Origin: Gallionellales bacterium RIFCSPLOWO2_02_FULL_57_47
GTDB lineage: Bacteria; Pseudomonadota; Gammaproteobacteria; Burkholderiales; Gallionellaceae
Length of the DNA: 62,339 bases
Reading direction: 5' to 3'
Assembly: GCA_001801175.1 (NCBI GenBank)
Contig: MGWZ01000095.1
Location: 1-62,339 of the forward strand
Under the pieces are notes generated by a model that was given only the letters and a program-made list of their open reading frames with translations, ran no database searches and was not told the DNA's origin. This document shows positions 56,430 to 62,339 of the stretch, in pieces. Position 1 is the stretch's first letter, and each line of letters begins with the position of its first letter. A program made the translations under genes and the position numbers.

Positions 56430-57689
56430 TCATCCTTGTTCTGTCCGGGTCAGGCGCGCGGCGAGCCAGGTCACACCCACCGCCACCGCCATCAGGCCGA
56501 AGGCGATGCCGATCTGGCTGACGCGCTCGGGTGCGAGCAACAGGATCGCGCCCAGTTCCAGCATCATCACTCCGGACATCAGCTTGAGCAGACGGCCTTC
56601 GCGTTCCGTCAGTTTTCTTGCGCCCAGCGTGCGGGCAAAGACGATGACGATCAGCGCCAGCGGCACCACGTAGATAAGATTATAAGCAGCGAGATAGCCG
56701 TAGCGCCCGACGGCGGAGAGATCGGCCAGCGTGAGCAAGCGGGTGTAGACCATGGGGAAGCCCGCCGTGCACAGCAGTTCGTAGAAGTTGGCGGCGATGG
56801 CGAGGAAGATGGTCGCCGCCAGCATGGCCGGCAAATTCTCGGCGGCGAGAATGGTGCGGGCGCGGCGGAAGATGTCGGGCTTCTTCGACTCCGGGATCGA
56901 CAGCGTGATGCCCTTTTCGAACAGGAAGAAATCCTTCACGTTCACCGCGCCGACGAACACCGCCAGCGCGCCCGCCGCCAGCGTCACCCAGGCCAGGTGA
57001 CCGAAAAGCTGGAAGACATTAAGCCAGGCGGCCATGAAGGCGAAGTACATGAGCCCGGAAACCATCACAAAGACGCCGCCGATGAGCAGCATGCGCTTGC
57101 GGCTCTTCTGGTGCGCCAGCATGGAGAGCAGGAACAGCAGCACGAAGAAGGCGCAGGGATTGAAGGCGTCCAGCCCCGCCAGCACGAGGGTAAGCGCAGG
57201 CAGCGACAGACTGGACGGGTCGATGGCGCCGAGCAGCGGCAATTGGATGGTTTCGCGCAACGGCGTGCTGGTCGCGGACGGCTCGCCCATGGCACGCGCG
57301 CGGCAATCGTCTAGGCGCTGGCGGATCATCGCGCCGGTAGTGGCATCGTCTGCCCAGCCGACATGCATCTCGCCGCAGAACAGCAACGCCGGAACGGATA
57401 CCGCTTTCTCGCCCAGTTGTTTCGCCATGATCTGGTACAGCCGCACGTTTTCCGCGCTGCGGTTGAGCTCCAGTGCGTGCAGCTTCACCCACGGACGCGC
57501 CTGCGGGATGGCTGCGATATAGGGATGCGCCTCGGTGCAGTGCGGACAGGTCAGCGACCAGAAGAAATACAACTGCACTTCCGGCTTTCCGTCGGTGCCG
57601 GGTTTGACCCAGGGATCTCCGGCATGGCTGGCGGCGGGAGACAATGCCAGCAGGAATAGCGTGATCAGAGTCAGAAGTTTTCCGGTCAT
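56430..57689 (-). CDS. Exported thioredoxin domain fused to DsbD/CcdA-like TM domain
   Basis: Signal peptide, CPHC and SVP; TM domain with NPC and ELLCT Cys pair. Confidence 0.8.
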   Translation of the reverse strand: MTGKLLTLITLFLLALSPAASHAGDPWVKPGTDGKPEVQLYFFWSLTCPHCTEAHPYIAAIPQARPWVKLHALELNRSAENVRLYQIMAKQLGEKAVSVPALLFCGEMHVGWADDATTGAMIRQRLDDCRARAMGEPSATSTPLRETIQLPLLGAIDPSSLSLPALTLVLAGLDAFNPCAFFVLLFLLSMLAHQKSRKRMLLIGGVFVMVSGLMYFAFMAAWLNVFQLFGHLAWVTLAAGALAVFVGAVNVKDFFLFEKGITLSIPESKKPDIFRRARTILAAENLPAMLAATIFLAIAANFYELLCTAGFPMVYTRLLTLADLSAVGRYGYLAAYNLIYVVPLALIVIVFARTLGARKLTEREGRLLKLMSGVMMLELGAILLLAPERVSQIGIAFGLMAVAVGVTWLAARLTRTEQG

Positions 57690-57820
57690 CGTGTTTCCTT
57701 TTTTACTGTGAATTTTCATGAATAGACCAATGCACGTTGTCAGAGATTGCATGAATCCATAAACCTGCCTCGCCCATCGTTGCTTTCCTTCGTCGCCAGT
57801 GTACTCATATCCCGTGGCGA

Positions 57821-59086
57821 TCAGAAATACCAGCGCGCATAAGCCTCGACACGATGCTTGCCCGGTTTTTCGCCGAACTCGGTGTAGCGGTCGCCGTGGG
57901 TGAATGCCGCGCGCGCGCGCAGTTCCAGGTTGGTGATGCCGGTGTAACTCAGTTCCGGTGTCAGCGAGTAGCTGTGGTCGTCCAGGTTGGCGATGGCGGT
58001 GAGCGCCGGAGTGAAATATAACCAGTCGAACGGCTCCTTGGCACTGGCGCGCAGGTAGAGGTAATCGCGACCCGGATTGGGGCGGCCGTAGCCCACTTGG
58101 GCGAGCGTCGCTGCCTGGGTCGCAGCCGCGCCGCCGGTAGTCAGGGCAGCATCGGCGAAGGTGTAGAAGTCGGCCAGTGCATCGGCCGTGTAGCCTGTGC
58201 CGTTGCGGTATAACTCGGCGATCCAGGTCACCTCCCGCTCGGTCAGGTAGCGCAAACCCAGCAGCCAGCTATCGGCATCGCCCGTGCTCTGGGTCACGTT
58301 GCCCAGGTTATCCGTCTCCTGGCGCGGCTGGTCGAAGATGCGCGCCCATTCGCCGTGTACCTCCAGGTTCGCGCCGAGGTTGCGCGAGAAATCCAGACCG
58401 AAGCGGGCAGTCCTGCTGCCCTCGCCCAGCCAGAGCAGGTCGATGTCGGTGTCATGCCACAGCAAGTAGATTTTTGCCGCCGGGTTGGTGTGCCCGGGGA
58501 GACCGAAATCGCTGTTCCAGTCGTTATGGGTGGGCACGGCCAGCGCCGTGAGAGAGAGGGTGGTCAGCGGCCCATCCAGGCTCTTCACCCATTCGGCTCC
58601 GGCCATGAGGTAACCCTCGCGGCTTTGCTGCGGGTCGTCGGCATCCTTGGCGCGCTCGATGAAACCGACCGGATTCCAGGCGTAGCCCTTGCCCCAGCGT
58701 TGCACCCGCTTGCCCAGGTCGAGACTGAATTCATGGCCGGGCATCCAGTGCAGGCCGCCTTCCTGGATACGCTGAACATCGCCGGATGCACGCTGGTCAT
58801 GCACCCATTCGGAATGACTGCGCAGGTCGATCACCGCCTCCTGCAGATGCCATGCACCGGACAGCTCCACGATACCGGTGGTGCGATCCAGCCGCTCGCG
58901 CCCGTCGGGGAAGTTGAGGCGGGCGAGTACCGAATCCGGGCGCAGTGTGTAGGCCTCCTGCTTCAGCTCCGCGTAGCCGCCGAACTCGAAGGTCTTCTTA
59001 TCGAACTCGGCGGCATCGAAGCTGAATTCCTCGGCACCGGCGCAAAGTGAGAATAGCGCCAGCAACAGGTACAGGCCCCGTCTCAC
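57821..59086 (-). CDS. Putative outer-membrane beta-barrel protein
   Basis: Signal peptide, GK...WGKGYAWNP motif, terminal amphipathic strand ending YARWYF. Confidence 0.75.
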   Translation of the reverse strand: MRRGLYLLLALFSLCAGAEEFSFDAAEFDKKTFEFGGYAELKQEAYTLRPDSVLARLNFPDGRERLDRTTGIVELSGAWHLQEAVIDLRSHSEWVHDQRASGDVQRIQEGGLHWMPGHEFSLDLGKRVQRWGKGYAWNPVGFIERAKDADDPQQSREGYLMAGAEWVKSLDGPLTTLSLTALAVPTHNDWNSDFGLPGHTNPAAKIYLLWHDTDIDLLWLGEGSRTARFGLDFSRNLGANLEVHGEWARIFDQPRQETDNLGNVTQSTGDADSWLLGLRYLTEREVTWIAELYRNGTGYTADALADFYTFADAALTTGGAAATQAATLAQVGYGRPNPGRDYLYLRASAKEPFDWLYFTPALTAIANLDDHSYSLTPELSYTGITNLELRARAAFTHGDRYTEFGEKPGKHRVEAYARWYF

Positions 59087-59901
59087 TTGCGCAACTCCTC
59101 CATGCGGGACAAATAGTTCTGGGTGAACACCTCGTCGGGCACGCTACGGCGCTTCAGTTGCGAGTACAGCATCACCGACTTGTAGCCCTGGTACACCGGG
59201 CTGTCGGTCTCCACCGTGGCGGGCCGGCGAATGCCGCCGCCGAAGTCCTTCATGTCCTTGAAGGTGATGGTCTTGATCAGCAGGCCGCTGGCAGCGTAGG
59301 CCTCGATCACGCGTGGCAGCACGCTCTTCTTCTCCACCCGCATCTTCAGGCGGTCATAGGCCACTGCGGCAGTCTTGGCCTTGAGTTCGAGCAGATATTC
59401 ACCGCCCTCTTCCTTGGCCGAGGCCACCGTGTATTCCTCGGTATAGTCCAGGCGCAGGATGTCGGCGTTGTTGAACACCCCGCCCACCACCGATTGCAGG
59501 CTGGTGATGCGCACCGGCTTGCCGACGCTGGGGATGTACAACCACATATTGTCGCCCAGACGCAGCGTGGCGCGCCCCTTGTCGCTGGCCGGAGCGAGGA
59601 ACAGCGCCGCCACCTTGTCGCGTCCCTTCTTAACCGAATAGAGCACGAACTCCTTCTTGCGCCCGTCCGGCTCGATGTTGATCAGCTTGCGGTACATCTC
59701 GTAGGACTCGGGCTCCAGATTGCGGTCAACCTGGCGCAGGATGGCATCGCCGTCGATGGCCAAGGCCCCCGCCGAGAACCAGAATGCTGCCAAAAACCAG
59801 GTAGGGTGCAATAAGCGCAGCGCATTGCACCGCCAGCCGGGTTTGGTGCAATGCGCCTTCGGCTTATTGCACCCTACAAAAGCTCTCACCTCGGCGTTCA
59901 T
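59083..59901 (-). CDS. LolA-like outer membrane lipoprotein-sorting protein
   Basis: F..PA.DKG...L, MWLYIP, VF.NAD, PDEVFT motifs. Confidence 0.85.
   Translation of the reverse strand: MNAEVRAFVGCNKPKAHCTKPGWRCNALRLLHPTWFLAAFWFSAGALAIDGDAILRQVDRNLEPESYEMYRKLINIEPDGRKKEFVLYSVKKGRDKVAALFLAPASDKGRATLRLGDNMWLYIPSVGKPVRITSLQSVVGGVFNNADILRLDYTEEYTVASAKEEGGEYLLELKAKTAAVAYDRLKMRVEKKSVLPRVIEAYAASGLLIKTITFKDMKDFGGGIRRPATVETDSPVYQGYKSVMLYSQLKRRSVPDEVFTQNYLSRMEELRK
59801..59877. repeat. GTAG-type REP doublet in frame in the 5' end of the LolA-like gene
   Basis: GTAGGGTGCAATAAGC..CATTGCACC and GGTGCAATG..CTTATTGCACCCTAC. Confidence 0.85.
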
Positions 59902-60284
59902 TTTGCCGCCGCCTTAACCGCCTTATCGGCTGGCCCACTGGCAGAGACGGCGCGGATGTTCAGTCGCGTCATCTCGTCGGCCATGTTGCCGCCCACCTGG
60001 CCTGCCAGCAGCAGGGTGACGCGCTGTTCCGCCAGCCAGCGCGCCAGAGCCGGGCCGGCACCACCGGAGAGCCTGGCCGCCGGATTGGACTGGGCGGACA
60101 ACAGCTTGCCCTGAGCGTCGAAGATGAGAATGTGCGGGGCGCGCGCGGCGACCGTGCTGACCGCCGCGTCGGCAGTGGAACCCTCTGCGGCAACGGCGAT
60201 GCGCACCTCGGCGGCCTGGACATTCATTCCCGGCAGGGTGGCGAGAAGCAGCATCAGTGTCGAAAGGATATTGCGTATTTTCAT
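59898..60284 (-). CDS. NifB/NifX (Fe-Mo cofactor-binding) family protein with signal peptide
   Basis: RIAVA, ARAP..LIFD, NP, GGAG, G..G pattern; signal ending VQA. Confidence 0.7.
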   Translation of the reverse strand: MKIRNILSTLMLLLATLPGMNVQAAEVRIAVAAEGSTADAAVSTVAARAPHILIFDAQGKLLSAQSNPAARLSGGAGPALARWLAEQRVTLLLAGQVGGNMADEMTRLNIRAVSASGPADKAVKAAAK

Positions 60285-60294
60285 GATCGTTCTC

Positions 60295-61539
60295 CTAAAC
60301 ATGCCGCAAAGCGACGATGGGGTCCATGCGCGAGGCGCGCCAGGCCGGTTGCAGACTGGCCAGCACGGCCATGCCCACCACCAGCGCGGTGACGGTGGCG
60401 ATCTCGGCCAACGAAAGCACGGGCATCAGGGTGACGACCTCGCGTCCGAAGGGAAAGCTCACCGGCCACAGATTGAGCGCGGCCACCGCCGCCAGGCTGA
60501 TGACCACGCCCAGCGCCGCGCCGAGCAGACCCAGCAGCAGGCCTTCGCCGACATAAAGGCCAAGGATGCGCGAGGGCGGCGTGCCGATAGCGGCCAGCGT
60601 GCCGATCTCGCGGATGCGTTCGTACACCGCCATCAGCATCACGTTCATCACGCTGACCAGGACGATGGCCACCAGCATGACGCGGATAAACAGGGTCATC
60701 AGGTCGAGCATGTTGGCGATGTTGGCGAAGGGGCTGAGTTGATCCCATGTATGCACTTCGAGTGCGGGTTGGCCTTCCTTGTTCTTCAGATCGGCCAGCG
60801 CCGTCTCCAGACGTTTCTTTACCGTTTTGGCCTGGCCCAGATCATTCAGCCGCACCGCGATCTCCATCGCCTGTTCCTTTTCCATGCGCAACAGTTCGCG
60901 GGCATCGGCGATGTCCACATAGCCATCGCGCCCGCCGGGTCCGGTCACCGGCTCCAGGATGGCGCGTATGGTGAAGTTCCTGCCGTTGACCGAGCCGTCC
61001 TGGTTGGTGGCGATCAGCACCACGGTGTCGCCCACCTTCACCTTCATGCCCTTGGCGATCAGTTCCGGGATCAATATCTGTCCCGGTGCCACCAGCGGCG
61101 CGGTTTTGTCGCCGTCGATAATGCGGCCGCGCAGGGCGGGTGCCGTGGCCTCTTCCGCCGCCGCTTCAACGCCGTTGAGGCGGATGCTGGTGGTCTCGGT
61201 GTAGTTGCTGAACATGGCGCCGAACTTGATGCGGGTCGAGAACGCCGCCACCGCCGGTTCGGCCTTGAGCACCTCGCGCGCCTTGTCCAGCGCGCGCGGC
61301 TGCATGCTCATGTTGAGCGGCAGGTTGTCCACCGAGGCGGTATAACCGCGCCGGTGAATCTGCAAATGGCCCAGCATGCTGTCGGTGATCTGGCCGATCA
61401 TCACCCCCTTGAACGAACCGGCGGCAGCCACGAACAGCAGCATCGCCACCACGCCCAGGGTAATCAGCAAGGAGGTAAGCAAAGTGCGCCGCTTGTAGCG
61501 CAGCAGGTTGCGCAGGGACAGTTTCAATACGGCGATCAT
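60295..61539 (-). CDS. ABC transporter permease (LolE/MacB-FtsX type)
   Basis: RNLLRYKRRT, ERIREIGTL.AIG, PAWRASRMDP..ALR. Confidence 0.92.
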   Translation of the reverse strand: MIAVLKLSLRNLLRYKRRTLLTSLLITLGVVAMLLFVAAAGSFKGVMIGQITDSMLGHLQIHRRGYTASVDNLPLNMSMQPRALDKAREVLKAEPAVAAFSTRIKFGAMFSNYTETTSIRLNGVEAAAEEATAPALRGRIIDGDKTAPLVAPGQILIPELIAKGMKVKVGDTVVLIATNQDGSVNGRNFTIRAILEPVTGPGGRDGYVDIADARELLRMEKEQAMEIAVRLNDLGQAKTVKKRLETALADLKNKEGQPALEVHTWDQLSPFANIANMLDLMTLFIRVMLVAIVLVSVMNVMLMAVYERIREIGTLAAIGTPPSRILGLYVGEGLLLGLLGAALGVVISLAAVAALNLWPVSFPFGREVVTLMPVLSLAEIATVTALVVGMAVLASLQPAWRASRMDPIVALRHV

Positions 61540-62228
61540 GACGGCCTCCCGTTCGGTTCGATCAAGCGGCCATCCTCCAGCAGGAAGGTGGTCTCCGCTT
61601 CGGCCATGATCTTGGGATCATGGGTGGAAAACACAAAGGTGGTGCCGAATTCGTCGCGCATCGACTTCATCAGATCGAGAATGCGATAGGCGGTGTCGTG
61701 GTCGAGGTTGGCGGTGGGCTCGTCGGCCAGCACCAGCTTGGGCTCCGACACCAGGGCGCGGGCCACTGCCACGCGCTGCTTCTGTCCGCCGGAGAGCTGG
61801 TCGGGGCGCTTGTGGGCCTGATCCGCCATACCCACCGCCGCCAGCAGTTTGTTCACCCGCTCGCGGCGTTTCTCTGCCGGCCAGGTGCGCACCATCAGCA
61901 GCGGATACTCGATGTTCTCGTAGGCCGAGAGTACCGGCACCAGATTGAAATCCTGAAACACGAAGCCCAGGTTCTCTCCCCGGAAAGCCGCCGCCGCCGT
62001 GCGCGACAGCCCGGCCACCTCGATGCCCAGCACGGTCAGCCGCCCGGCGCTGGGATGATCCAGACAGCCCACCAGATTGAGCAGCGTGGACTTGCCGCTG
62101 CCCGACGGCCCGACAAAGGCGACGAAAGCGCCCGCCTCGATAGTGAAATCGATGCCACGAATGGCGGGCACATCGACATCGCCGACCCGGTAGCTTTTCT
62201 CCAGCCTTTCGGCTTGAACCAGACTCAT
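61536..62228 (-). CDS. ABC transporter ATP-binding protein (LolD-like)
   Basis: [28 protein letters not shown]. Confidence 0.95.
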   Translation of the reverse strand: MSLVQAERLEKSYRVGDVDVPAIRGIDFTIEAGAFVAFVGPSGSGKSTLLNLVGCLDHPSAGRLTVLGIEVAGLSRTAAAAFRGENLGFVFQDFNLVPVLSAYENIEYPLLMVRTWPAEKRRERVNKLLAAVGMADQAHKRPDQLSGGQKQRVAVARALVSEPKLVLADEPTANLDHDTAYRILDLMKSMRDEFGTTFVFSTHDPKIMAEAETTFLLEDGRLIEPNGRPS

Positions 62229-62249
62229 GATATTCCCTCCTCCATAGTA

Positions 62250-62339
62250 AGTATCCCCCGGCAAAGCCGGGGGCTTTAATTTGTGAGCCGCTCAAAGCGG
62301 CTTAACGGGGTCGCTTACGCGGCCCCTGCTCTTGTGGCC
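62250..62339. mobile_element. Probable IS200/IS605-family terminal region (partial)
   Basis: Hairpins CCCCCGGC-aaa-GCCGGGGG, AGCCGC-tcaaa-GCGGCT and GGGGTCGC-ttac-GCGGCCCC, resembling IS200-type ends; transposase not in window. Confidence 0.6.

Noticed and set aside
62229-62264. N-terminal extension MPGDTYYGGGNI of the ABC ATPase
   Set aside because: Reads through the IS-like hairpin and RBS; true start is 62228

Overview
A GC-rich betaproteobacterial chromosomal segment; gene order and protein style suggest Gallionellaceae (Gallionella/Sideroxydans-like), which is inference. Core genes: PPi-PFK, ppa, folD, yebC, recQ, ftsB-eno-kdsA-pyrG, a nuo operon, tRNA-Leu(GAG)-secG-tpiA, panBCD, dnk-folK-pcnB, folE2-dxs-ispA-xseB and rpmB/rpmG. 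Accessory blocks: (i) a type I R-M island (hsdM-fic-hsdS-DUF429-FRG/wHTH-hsdR-M48); (ii) a YefM/YoeB toxin-antitoxin pair; (iii) an ABC/NifX-like/LolA-like/OM-barrel/thioredoxin-membrane/CDF cluster ending in two internally deleted ars genes, with a probable IS200/IS605 end at the right edge. Main observations: (1) the complex I operon has no canonical nuoL. In its place are two Mrp/NuoL-type antiporter subunits and an 83-aa membrane protein, giving four antiporter-like subunits, and the NuoL lateral-helix tail sits on the second one. (2) Several families of short palindromic repeats occur both intergenically and in frame inside hsdM (twice), hsdS, recQ, ispA, dxs, nuoC and a LolA-like gene. 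(3) Several operon junctions are filled by unannotated bridging mini-ORFs, including one that duplicates the NuoD N-terminus with only synonymous changes and one bounded by a 15-bp duplication of the kdsA RBS/start. (4) A DUF429 nuclease and FRG-wHTH pair sits in the hsdS-hsdR slot of the R-M locus. All calls come from reading motifs by eye; no database searches were run.
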